NCBI GenBank assembly: GCA_044370825.1
Contig: JBILUV010000001.1
Coordinates: 1 to 43,176 of the forward strand
Length of the DNA stretch: 43,176 bases
Direction of reading: 5' to 3'
From: Burkholderiales bacterium
Lineage (GTDB): Bacteria > Pseudomonadota > Gammaproteobacteria > Burkholderiales > Ga0077523
Position 1 is the stretch's first letter; every line of letters starts with the position of its first letter. Positions 29,033 through 37,572 of this stretch are shown one piece after another. A program made the translations under genes and the position numbers. Under the pieces are notes generated by a model, which was not told where the DNA came from, searched no databases, and was given only the letters and a program-made list of their open reading frames with translations.

Positions 29033-31057
29033 TCATGCGTCCGGTGCGGCATCGACGGCGGTGCCACCGAATTCGACCGTCAGTCGGTGGCGTCCCACCC
29101 CGAGCGGCCATGCCAGAGTCACCACACAGGCCTGCATGATCTTCTCGAAACCTGCCTCGGACTGGGATACCGTGCGCAACGGCTGTGTCGTGGTTGTCGC
29201 CGGCGGCTCCATGGCCAGCGTCGCGCCGCCCTGCAGAACGCCATCCTCGAGTGAGAGGCCGGCCGTGGTCCCGTGGTGCAGCACGTCGCCGAAACCGCCC
29301 GCGATCAGGTTGCCGCAACGCACGCGGCCCAGGAAACCATCGCAGCTCGGCATGGCGAGGTTGAGTTCGACTTCCCAGCGCAGGGGCTCGGTGGCGTCGA
29401 TGTCGTAGGTCACCCGCAGGATGCCGCGGTCCAGGGAGAAGCGCTTGTCGATGTCGGCCGCCCGGCTGCGCGCCAGGAAGGCGGTACCGGCGCCGCCTGC
29501 ACGCACGTACCGAGGCATGAAGCCCTGCGGCCCATCTTCGACGAAAAGAGTGTCCATGAACGACTGTCTGGGACGGCGGTCCTCCACCACGTCCGCCGGG
29601 ACGATCTCGTGGCGGAAGGCGACCCGGTCGTGGGCAGAGGCGATTCCGCCATGCTGGGCCCGGCGCGCCACAGTCTGGTCGAGCAGTCGATGGTAGTGCT
29701 CGCGACGGCGGGTGAGGGTGTCCGCGAAATTGTGGGACAGCCCTCGGTGCGAGAGTTCGCAGACGGCAGCGTGGGCGTCGTCGCGCACGACCGCGACCCA
29801 CTGGTCATCGCGGAGGAAGATCTCCTCCCGGCCGTCGAGGTCGAGGTCCATCGTGGTGCAGGCCTCCGAGGGCGCGCATCGCTCAAGGGCATCCTCGAGG
29901 GCGACGATGGCGTTCCAGACCGCGCGACGCAGATGGGGGAGATACAGGCCGCCGAACAACCCGTGCCAGTAGGCGTCGTTGGCCTGCGCCCGGTGCAGCA
30001 GAGGCAGCATGTCGCCAGACGCCTTCTCCCCGAGCGCTGCGACACGCGCGGACAGGTCGAGCATGCGCTTGTGCATCCAGTTGGCCTCCGGGTACCGCGA
30101 CAGGAAGTTGCGCCAGATGCCTCCGCGCAGGAAGGGCTTGAAACGCTCGTAGGTTCCCGCCTCTTTGTGCCGTGAAACCAGTTCGGCGAAATCGTCGGCG
30201 CGCGCTGCCGGCAGCGTCCATTCGCCCATCTCGACGTAGGAGGTCGTCGGGAGATAGACCACGCCGCGGGTCGGCTGGCGCGCCCTGAACTCTCCGAAGT
30301 GGCGGGTTTGCAGGAGGGATGAGCCGAGCACGCCTTCGATGAAATCCTCGAGCCAGCGCCGGCCGTACACCCAGTCGTGGGTTTCGGGCCAGATGCCGAA
30401 CTTCTCGATGTCGTCGAAGTAGATGCCTGCGGTCTCCTGCCCCTCGCGCGCGAGTGACTCGAGGTAACGGATCGTCTCGGCGGCCGGCGCGAACGGTATG
30501 CGGTAGCGCAGCTGCTCCGAGATGGGGAACAGGTCGAGCCGGCGACCGTCCTCCTCTGTCGAGAAATGCCCGCCGAGTTCGGACAGATCCCGGCCGGCGC
30601 AGACGAAGTGGTAGTCGTCGACGGTCACGTAGTCGATGCCGGCGTCGAGGAGCGCAGGCACAACTGTCGCCTCCCAGACGCGCTCGGTGAGCCAGGCCCC
30701 GCGGGGCCGGGTGCCGAGGGCGCGTTCGAGGCGGTCACCGAGGGCCTCCAGTTGTGCGACCCGGTCGCGGCCTGGAATGGCAGCCAGGACCGGCTCCATG
30801 TCGCCGCCACCAAAAAGTTCGACCTGGCCACGCGCCACCATTTCCTGCAGCAGGGCCATGTCGTCGGGATGACGCTCGAGCAGTTCCTGCAGCAGCCAGC
30901 CCGAGAAATGCACCGCGAATCGGAAACGGGGGTGGCGATGCAGCGTGCGCAGGAAAGGTCCGTACGATTTCTCGTGAGCCTCGTCCACCACTTCGGGAAA
31001 GTTGCCCGCGGGCTGATGGGCGTGTACGCCGAAGAGCAGGGAGACGGGTGCGTTCAT
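29033..31057 (-). CDS. Glycoside hydrolase family 57 protein (alpha-amylase / 4-alpha-glucanotransferase-like, with C-terminal DUF1925/1926-type region)
   Basis: GH57-like N-terminus (LLFGVHAHQPAGNF, FAVHFSGWLLQEL, ELFGGGDMEPVLAAIP, AWLTERVWE). I chose ATG 31057 (MNAPVSLLF). Confidence 0.8.
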   Translation of the reverse strand: MNAPVSLLFGVHAHQPAGNFPEVVDEAHEKSYGPFLRTLHRHPRFRFAVHFSGWLLQELLERHPDDMALLQEMVARGQVELFGGGDMEPVLAAIPGRDRVAQLEALGDRLERALGTRPRGAWLTERVWEATVVPALLDAGIDYVTVDDYHFVCAGRDLSELGGHFSTEEDGRRLDLFPISEQLRYRIPFAPAAETIRYLESLAREGQETAGIYFDDIEKFGIWPETHDWVYGRRWLEDFIEGVLGSSLLQTRHFGEFRARQPTRGVVYLPTTSYVEMGEWTLPAARADDFAELVSRHKEAGTYERFKPFLRGGIWRNFLSRYPEANWMHKRMLDLSARVAALGEKASGDMLPLLHRAQANDAYWHGLFGGLYLPHLRRAVWNAIVALEDALERCAPSEACTTMDLDLDGREEIFLRDDQWVAVVRDDAHAAVCELSHRGLSHNFADTLTRRREHYHRLLDQTVARRAQHGGIASAHDRVAFRHEIVPADVVEDRRPRQSFMDTLFVEDGPQGFMPRYVRAGGAGTAFLARSRAADIDKRFSLDRGILRVTYDIDATEPLRWEVELNLAMPSCDGFLGRVRCGNLIAGGFGDVLHHGTTAGLSLEDGVLQGGATLAMEPPATTTTQPLRTVSQSEAGFEKIMQACVVTLAWPLGVGRHRLTVEFGGTAVDAAPDA

Positions 31058-31184
31058 TCGGGGTATGTTCCTCGCCAGGAAGTTGGCGTTCGGTCCGCGT
31101 CGGCAAGACTCTGGCACGGCCATGCCGGGAGAAGACGCCATCCGTGGCTGCCGATCCGCGGGGATGCCAGCCGTATCGAAGGTT

Positions 31185-32441
31185 TCACAACATGCGGCTG
31201 ATGTCGCCCCGCACGAATCCTCGCAAGGGTGGTGCCAAGTCGCGGGTCAGTGCCATCACCTTGAACAGGTCTCCCATCTCCGCCGGGCTGAGCAACCGTT
31301 GCACGCCCGCACTGAGGGAAAGGTAGTCGCGGGTCGCCGCAGGTCCCGAAGCCAGCAGCAGTTCGGTAATGCCGCAATTGACCAGGAAATGCGCCTGGGT
31401 GACGAAGCCTGCCAGCGAAAGTCCCTGCTCCGTGCCCGCCATGGCCGCTGCGGTGAAATCGACGTGTGCTGTGATGTCCTGGATGCCCGGCAGTATCAGA
31501 GGATCCGCATGGGAGCGGTGCCGGTGGTGGCACATCAGAGTGCCTTCGCTCCGCTGGGGATGGTAGAACTCCCGCCTGCCGAAACCGTAGTCGATGAAAA
31601 GCAATGCCCCGCGCATGAGCCGCTGCGCAAGCGTGGACACGAGGGCACGCGCCTGCAGCGCCACCTCGCTCACGTAGGGGGGCGTCACGGCGATCGCCGC
31701 CACGGCCTGGGACAGCGGGCCCGACACGGGGGGCCCGCGACGCCACGCAAACGCATCGCAGGCCAGACCGACGCCCTGCTCGAAACAGCCCTCCGTCGTC
31801 CACTCGACCAGGTGTACCGGCAAGGCGTCCAATACCTCGTTGGCCACCACCACCCCGGTCAGTCGGGTTGGCAGGGCATCCAGCCAAGAGACCCGCCGGC
31901 CCAACGCCTCAGGCAGTCGACTGATTGCCATTTCTTGGCGTTCGCGCAAGTCTGCGCTCACATCCAGCATGAGGTATCGCGCCGGCAGGCAGCCGAGACG
32001 GGCCAATTCCGGCAGGACGGCAGCGGCCAGGGCTCCGCTGCCGGGACCCAGTTCGAGCAGGTCACCGCCAGTCTCGGCCAGGATGTCTGCCACCTGACGG
32101 GCGAGCGTCCGACTGAACAAGGGTGAGAGTTCCGGCGCGGTCGTGAAATCGCCCTCGGCACCGAACTTCCTGCTTCCGCCCGCGTAGTAGCCCAGGCCGG
32201 GCTCGTAGAGCGCGAGAGCCATGTAACGGTCGAAGCCTATCCACCCGTCGGAGGCCAGGATCGCATCTCGAATCCGCTGCGCCAGACGTTGGCTGTTTTC
32301 CAGGGCTTCGGGCGGGGGTTCCGGCAGGGTGGAGGTGCGGGCTGGCACTTGGGGCGGGGGAGTGCTGTCGTAGAATCGCACTATAAACGCTGGCGCCAGC
32401 AATGCGGGCGGGGGTCCTCCCGGCCCAGCCGGTCGCGCCAT
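31185..32441 (-). CDS. Class I SAM-dependent methyltransferase, MidA/NDUFAF7 (DUF185) family
   Basis: Motifs DRYMALALYEPGLGYYA, GDFTTAPELSPLF and LLELGPGSGALA. The start is uncertain: ATG 32441 or GTG 32381. ATG 32531 would overlap the divergent gene. Confidence 0.75.
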   Translation of the reverse strand: MARPAGPGGPPPALLAPAFIVRFYDSTPPPQVPARTSTLPEPPPEALENSQRLAQRIRDAILASDGWIGFDRYMALALYEPGLGYYAGGSRKFGAEGDFTTAPELSPLFSRTLARQVADILAETGGDLLELGPGSGALAAAVLPELARLGCLPARYLMLDVSADLRERQEMAISRLPEALGRRVSWLDALPTRLTGVVVANEVLDALPVHLVEWTTEGCFEQGVGLACDAFAWRRGPPVSGPLSQAVAAIAVTPPYVSEVALQARALVSTLAQRLMRGALLFIDYGFGRREFYHPQRSEGTLMCHHRHRSHADPLILPGIQDITAHVDFTAAAMAGTEQGLSLAGFVTQAHFLVNCGITELLLASGPAATRDYLSLSAGVQRLLSPAEMGDLFKVMALTRDLAPPLRGFVRGDISRML

Positions 32442-32466
32442 TTCAATGCCCAAGCCAGGTCCGTCC

Positions 32467-33207
32467 ATGCCCGATCCCGTCGTCCTCGTCACCGGAGGTG
32501 CCCGCCGCGTCGGCGCCGCCATCGGGCGCATGCTGCACGGGTGGGGCGCCCGCGTGATGATTCATTTCCACTCTTCGGAGGCGGCTGCGCGGGACCTCCA
32601 GGCAGAGCTCGAGGCCGTTCGTCCCGGTTCAGCGGCCGTCGTCCGTGGTGACCTGCTCGACGTGCCGGGTCTGTCGCGGCTGGTGAGCGAGACCGTGGAG
32701 CGGTTCGGGCGCCTCGACGTGCTGGTCAACAATGCCTCCAGTTTCTTCCCTACGCCCGTGGGTGGCATATCCGGTTCGCACTGGGACGATCTGGTGGGCA
32801 CCAACCTGAAGGCGCCGCTCTTTCTGTCACAGGCCGCAGCCCCCCATCTGCGCGCGGCTGGCGGTTGCATCGTCAACATCGTCGACATCCACGTCGATCG
32901 TCCGATGCAGGGGCACCTCGTATACAACGCCGCCAAGGGCGGACTGGTGGCGCTCACGCGCTCGCTCGCGCGAGAACTCGGCCCCGAGGTCCGCGTCAAC
33001 GGTGTCGCACCCGGGCCCATTCTCTGGCCCGACGACGAGGTCTGGTCGGACGAGCAGGAGCGCCGCCGGATCATCGACACCACTTTGCTCAAGCGTTGCG
33101 GCGAGCCTGACGACATCGCCAGAACCGTGCGCTTCCTGGTCGGCGATGCTCCCTACATCACCGGGCAGGTCATCGCCGTGGATGGCGGCCGCAGCGTCCA
33201 TTTGTGA
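32467..33207 (+). CDS. Short-chain dehydrogenase, pteridine reductase (FolM/PTR1)-like
   Basis: [12 protein letters not shown] Rossmann motif, NNAS, YNAAKGG catalytic motif, and [12 protein letters not shown], typical of pteridine reductases. The start is either ATG 32467 or ATG 32446. Confidence 0.8.
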   Translation: MPDPVVLVTGGARRVGAAIGRMLHGWGARVMIHFHSSEAAARDLQAELEAVRPGSAAVVRGDLLDVPGLSRLVSETVERFGRLDVLVNNASSFFPTPVGGISGSHWDDLVGTNLKAPLFLSQAAAPHLRAAGGCIVNIVDIHVDRPMQGHLVYNAAKGGLVALTRSLARELGPEVRVNGVAPGPILWPDDEVWSDEQERRRIIDTTLLKRCGEPDDIARTVRFLVGDAPYITGQVIAVDGGRSVHL

Positions 33208-33215
33208 GGTTTCTC

Positions 33216-34118
33216 ATGCAGCAGCAGCACCCTCCCGTCACCTCCAGGAAGGAAGTCCTGGAGGGCAACAAGCTCGCCAAGCGCCTCAGGCGTCAGGTGG
33301 GGGAAGCCATCGTCGACTACCGCATGATCGAGCAGGGCGATCGTGTCATGGTCTGCCTGTCCGGTGGCAAGGACAGCTACGGCCTGCTCGATGTCCTGCT
33401 GTCCCTGCGGGGACGAGCGCCCGTCGACTTCGAGGTCGTCGCCATGCATCTGGACCAGGCTCATCCTGGCTATCCTGCCGACGTGCTGCCCGATTACCTG
33501 CGGGCGCGCGGGGTCAGCTTCCACATCGAGCGCCAGGACACCTACAGCATCGTCAAGCGGGTGATCCCGGAGGGCAGCACCATGTGCTCGCTCTGCTCCA
33601 GACTGCGTCGGGGCGTGATCTACCGGGTGGCGACCGAACTCGGTGCCACCAAGATCGCCCTGGGTCATCATCGGGAGGACATGCTGGAGACGCTGCTGCT
33701 CAACATGTTCCATGGCGGCAAGCTAAAGGGCATGCCGCCCAAGCTGGTGTCTGACGATGGACGCCACACCGTCATCAGACCCCTTGCCTATTGCGCCGAG
33801 AAGGATCTGGCGGCATACGCGGATCTTCGGCAGTTCCCCATCATCCCCTGCGATCTGTGCGGTTCGCAGGACAACCTGCAGCGCAAGCAGATCAAGCAGA
33901 TGCTGGCCGAGTGGGACAGGCGCTTCCCCGGACGCATAGAGACCATGTTCCGCAGCCTGCAGAACGTGGTCCCCTCCCACCTGGCCGATGGGCGGCTGTT
34001 CGACTTCGTCTCGCTGAAGCCCAGCGGAGTTGCCGATCCGGACGGTGACACCGTGTTCGATGATGCCGGGGTGACGTCGCCCGCACCGGCCTCCGTTTTC
34101 AAGGTCGTGACTGCCTGA
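33216..34118 (+). CDS. ttcA: tRNA 2-thiocytidine(32) synthetase
   Basis: PP-loop CLSGGKDS, Cys motifs ([17 protein letters not shown]) and TtcA-like sequence throughout. ATG 33216 is preceded by GAGG. Confidence 0.93.
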   Translation: MQQQHPPVTSRKEVLEGNKLAKRLRRQVGEAIVDYRMIEQGDRVMVCLSGGKDSYGLLDVLLSLRGRAPVDFEVVAMHLDQAHPGYPADVLPDYLRARGVSFHIERQDTYSIVKRVIPEGSTMCSLCSRLRRGVIYRVATELGATKIALGHHREDMLETLLLNMFHGGKLKGMPPKLVSDDGRHTVIRPLAYCAEKDLAAYADLRQFPIIPCDLCGSQDNLQRKQIKQMLAEWDRRFPGRIETMFRSLQNVVPSHLADGRLFDFVSLKPSGVADPDGDTVFDDAGVTSPAPASVFKVVTA

Positions 34119-34135
34119 GGGCGGTCACGACTCCT

Positions 34136-34516
34136 TCATTCGGGCAAGGTTCGGCCGGAGCCTCCCAGTTCCGCGGGGATATCGGCCATCTTCGGCAGGC
34201 CGTCGCGGATGCGCAGTACGGTCTCCTCATGGAGGACGTGACCATCGCAGGTCTTGCACCACTTGCGGTAGCTGCGGTCGGTCTTGTTGTAGGTTCCGAT
34301 GTTGTCTTCGCCGCGGGTCACCTTCACCGCCGCCGGCTGCCAGAGCGAGAAGGCGTCAAGGAAGGTCTGATTTCGTCAGACCTTCCTTGCAGGAGCGGCC
34401 GACCACTTCCGGCAGGAGTCGCAGTGGCAGTAGCCGGCAGCGGCCGGCTCCCGGCTTACATCGAATTGCACCGCTCCCCAGAAACAGCTGCCGTGGCAGG
34501 TCATGTCGGCACTCAT
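34136..34516 (-). pseudogene. Decayed GFA (glutathione-dependent formaldehyde-activating / CENP-V) family gene, interrupted by a palindrome carrying an in-frame TGA
   Basis: My own translation from ATG 34516 (preceded by GGGAGAGAG) gives MSADMTCHGSCFWGAVQFDVSREPAAAGYCHCDSCRKWSAAPARKV, then TGA at 34376-34378. The same frame continues as AFSLWQPAAVKVTRGEDNIGTYNKTDRSYRKWCKTCDGHV... to the stop at 34136. The usual GxCxCG motif reads GSCFWG here, so a conserved Cys is replaced by Trp. Confidence 0.65.
34357..34389. repeat. Inverted-repeat element, copy B (33-nt perfect hairpin: 14-bp arms CAAGGAAGGTCTGA / TCAGACCTTCCTTG, 5-nt loop)
   Basis: Read directly from the sequence. The inner 12 bp of each arm match the arms of the element at 14396-14459. 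It lies inside the GFA-family reading frame. Confidence 0.8.
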
Positions 34517-34618
34517 GGGCTCTCTCCCTGTTTTGTCGGTTTCCTGGCAAGCGTCCCGGATGGGCGCCGCAAATTCAATTCAGCGGCCTGATCGCCATCG
34601 GGCAATCGTCCCGCGTCT

Positions 34619-35620
34619 TCACGCCGGTCGCGGATCGACGGCATGGCATGCGACGCTGCGATCCGTGCCATCGTTCTTCGGAAGAGGGGTCTCCTCGCGA
34701 CAGCGCGCGCTTGCCAAATGGCAGCGCGGGTGGAAGCTGCATCCTGATGGCCGGTCGATGGGGCTGGGGATTTCTCCGGTCAAGATCGGTGCAGGACGCT
34801 CCCGAACCTCGAGGTCGGGCACTGCCGCGAGCAACATGCGGGTGTAGGGGTGCGCCGGCTGTGCCAGCACCTCGGTGGTCGGTCCCGATTCGACCAGGCG
34901 GCCGAGGTACATCACGCCGACGCGATGCGCCACGTGTTCCACCACCGCGAGATTGTGGGAGATGAACAGGTAGGCCAGACCGAGACTGGCCTGCAGATCA
35001 CCCATCAGGTTGAGCACCTGGGCCTGCACCGAGACGTCCAGCGCCGAAGTGGGCTCGTCGCAGACGATGAAGGCAGGCGAGGAAGACAGTGCGCGGGCGA
35101 TCGAGATGCGCTGGCGCTGTCCCCCGGAGAATTCGTGCGGAAACCTCCCGGCGTCCGTCGGCGACAACCCCACCTGCGACAGGAGTGACTCGACGCGCTC
35201 GCGGGTTTCCCGACGATTGCCCGTCAGGCCATGGGCCCGCAAGGGCTCGGCCACGATGTCCGCTACCCGCCAGCGGGGATTGAGGCTCGCCTGAGGGTCC
35301 TGAAAAATCATCTGCAGTCTTTGGCGGACGCCGGCGGCTCGCACCGCCGACCGGTCGTGCAGGTCCACACCGTCGAAGTGGACCGACCCTCGCGACGGCG
35401 GATAGAGGCCGACCGCCAGCCGCGCCACTGTCGACTTGCCGCAGCCGGACTCTCCCACCAGCGCAACTGTCTCGCCCGCCCGGACCTCCAGGCTGAAATC
35501 ATCCACGGCGACGAGGCGTTGTCGCGGCAGGCGAGACACAACCCGGTCGAGCCAGGGCCGGGAGACGTCGAAGTCCCGGCCCACGGCGTCCATCTGCAAC
35601 AGGGTGCGCGCCTCAGGCAT
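34619..35620 (-). CDS. Dipeptide/oligopeptide ABC transporter ATP-binding protein (DppF/OppF-like)
   Basis: Walker A GESGCGKST, signature FSGGQRQR, Walker B IVCDEPTSALD, and a C-terminal oligopeptide-transporter Cys-containing extension. ATG 35620 overlaps the upstream stop (ATGCCTGA). Confidence 0.88.
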   Translation of the reverse strand: MPEARTLLQMDAVGRDFDVSRPWLDRVVSRLPRQRLVAVDDFSLEVRAGETVALVGESGCGKSTVARLAVGLYPPSRGSVHFDGVDLHDRSAVRAAGVRQRLQMIFQDPQASLNPRWRVADIVAEPLRAHGLTGNRRETRERVESLLSQVGLSPTDAGRFPHEFSGGQRQRISIARALSSSPAFIVCDEPTSALDVSVQAQVLNLMGDLQASLGLAYLFISHNLAVVEHVAHRVGVMYLGRLVESGPTTEVLAQPAHPYTRMLLAAVPDLEVRERPAPILTGEIPSPIDRPSGCSFHPRCHLASARCREETPLPKNDGTDRSVACHAVDPRPA

Positions 35621-36593
35621 CGCCGGGCTCCGCGTACAGCCAGCAGGACACGGAATGTTCCATCGCGCCAGCCTCCGGTGGCCGCTCCCAATCACACGGA
35701 TCGAAGCGGCGCGGGCAGCGCGGATGGAAGGCGCAGCCGGGAGGTATGGATTCCAGCCCAGGCATGGCGCCGTCGATCTGGCTCAGTCTGGCGCGTCGCG
35801 CTCCCAGTCTGGGGATCGCTCCCATCAGACCGGTGGTGTAGGGATGAAGGGGGGCGTGGACCACCTCGTGCACAGGCCCGATCTCGACCAGCCGCCCGGC
35901 GTACATCACGGCCACCCGGTCCGCGGTGCCGGCGATCACACCCATGTCGTGCGTGATCAGCATCACCGCCGTTCCGCGCTCGCGCGCGAGTCGCCTGAGC
36001 AGTTCCACGATCTGGGCCTGGGTGGATACATCCAGCGCGGTGGTGGGCTCATCGGCGATGATCAGTTGGGGATCGGCACACAGCGCCAGTGCGATCACCA
36101 CCCTCTGACGCAGGCCGCCGGAGAGCTGGTGCGGGTACTGTTCGACCCGGCGTTCCGGAGCCGGGATGCCGACCTCGGTGAGCAGCTCGACCGCGCGGTT
36201 CCGCGCCTGCTGCCGGCTCATCGGCAGGTGGGCGAGCATGGTCTCGCTCAGCTGCTGGCCCACTGTGAACAGAGGATCCAGGGCGGTGAGGGGATCCTGG
36301 AAGATGGCGGCGATGCGCCGGCCGCGAAGACGCTGCCACGCCTGCTGCGGCAGGTTGTCGATGCGGTTTCCCTCGAGCCGGATCTGGCCACCGGCGATGC
36401 GGGCGGGCGGTTGCAGGAGTCCGAGCACCGCGGCTCCGGTCACGGACTTGCCGGCACCGGACTCGCCCACCATGCCGAGTATCTCGCCGGGCGCGATGGA
36501 AAACGACACATCGTCGATGGCCACCAGCGGGCCGCCGCGGGTCGCGAACTCGACCCGCAGCCGCTGGACCTCCAGGAGCGGCGCCTCGGTCAC
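35613..36593 (-). CDS. Dipeptide/oligopeptide ABC transporter ATP-binding protein (DppD/OppD-like)
   Basis: Walker A GESGAGKS, signature LSGGLRQR, Walker B IIADEPTTALD. GTG 36593 overlaps the dppC-like stop (GTGA). Confidence 0.88.
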   Translation of the reverse strand: MTEAPLLEVQRLRVEFATRGGPLVAIDDVSFSIAPGEILGMVGESGAGKSVTGAAVLGLLQPPARIAGGQIRLEGNRIDNLPQQAWQRLRGRRIAAIFQDPLTALDPLFTVGQQLSETMLAHLPMSRQQARNRAVELLTEVGIPAPERRVEQYPHQLSGGLRQRVVIALALCADPQLIIADEPTTALDVSTQAQIVELLRRLARERGTAVMLITHDMGVIAGTADRVAVMYAGRLVEIGPVHEVVHAPLHPYTTGLMGAIPRLGARRARLSQIDGAMPGLESIPPGCAFHPRCPRRFDPCDWERPPEAGAMEHSVSCWLYAEPGDA

Positions 36594-37564
36594 CGCGCCC
36601 CCTGGCGCAGACGCGGGTTGAGGGCGTCGCGCAGCCAGTCGCCCAGGAGGTTCACCGACAGCACCAGCAGCACCAGGGCCGTCCCGGGGAACACCGTGAT
36701 CCACCATTCACCGGAGAACAGGAAGTCGTTGCCGATGCGGATCAGGGTACCGAGGGAAGGCGTGGTCACGGGCATGCCGACACCCAGGAAGGACAGGGTG
36801 GCTTCCGTGATGATGGCCGTCGCCAGATGGATGGTCGCGATCACCAGCACCGGCCCGGTGACGTTGGGCAGCAGGTGCAGCAGCATGATCGCCAGCGGGT
36901 GACGACCGATCACCCTGGCAGCCTGGATGTAGTCCTTGTTCTTTTCCACCAATGTGGAGCCGCGCACCGTCCGAGCATACTGGACCCAGCCCGACAGCCC
37001 GATGGCGGCCACCAGCACGGCAAGCGCGAGGCCGCCGCGGGCTGCGTCGGGCAGGATCACCCGCGCCACACCGTCGGCCAGCAATGCGATCAGGATCGCC
37101 GGGAAGGAGAGCTGGATATCGGCCACGCGCATGATCAGGGCGTCTGCCCAGCCGCCGGCATAGCCGGCGACGAGGCCGAGGCTGACGCCGAGCACCATCG
37201 CCAGCAACACGGACGCAACGCCCACCAGCAGGGAGATGCGGGCGCCGTGAAGGATGCCGGACAGGACGTCGCGACCCTGGTCGTCCGTCCCCAGGGGGTA
37301 GGTGATGCGACCCTCGGGCAGCCAGGCCGGTGGTGACAGGCCGTCCATGAGTTCCAGTGCCGCCAGATCGAAGGGATCGTGGGGCGCCAGCCACGGTGCG
37401 AGTGCTGCACCGACCACCAGGGTCAGTGCGACCGCTGCCGCCCCCATCGCGAGGGGCGAATGGCGGAACGACCAGACGAGATCGGACGCCAGCCAGCGTC
37501 CCAGGCGTCCCGGTGATGGTCGCGACGAGGCCTCGGGTCGCGGGTGAGTGGTCCGCGCCGGCAT
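36590..37564 (-). CDS. Dipeptide/oligopeptide ABC transporter permease (DppC/OppC-like)
   Basis: Polytopic ORF with DppC-like motifs (PLGTDDQGRDVLS, the EAA-like loop YIQAARVIG). Confidence 0.86.
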   Translation of the reverse strand: MPARTTHPRPEASSRPSPGRLGRWLASDLVWSFRHSPLAMGAAAVALTLVVGAALAPWLAPHDPFDLAALELMDGLSPPAWLPEGRITYPLGTDDQGRDVLSGILHGARISLLVGVASVLLAMVLGVSLGLVAGYAGGWADALIMRVADIQLSFPAILIALLADGVARVILPDAARGGLALAVLVAAIGLSGWVQYARTVRGSTLVEKNKDYIQAARVIGRHPLAIMLLHLLPNVTGPVLVIATIHLATAIITEATLSFLGVGMPVTTPSLGTLIRIGNDFLFSGEWWITVFPGTALVLLVLSVNLLGDWLRDALNPRLRQGAR

Positions 37565-37572
37565 GGCCGGAC

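Noticed and set aside
34357-34389. The TGA plus hairpin in the GFA-family frame read as a selenocysteine (SECIS-like) recoding signal.
   Set aside because: The TGA lies inside the 5' arm at the top of the stem, not upstream of a downstream hairpin as in bacterial SECIS elements. The position does not correspond to a conserved Cys in the family. The same hairpin arms also occur in a non-coding context at 14396-14459, which points to a repeat insertion.
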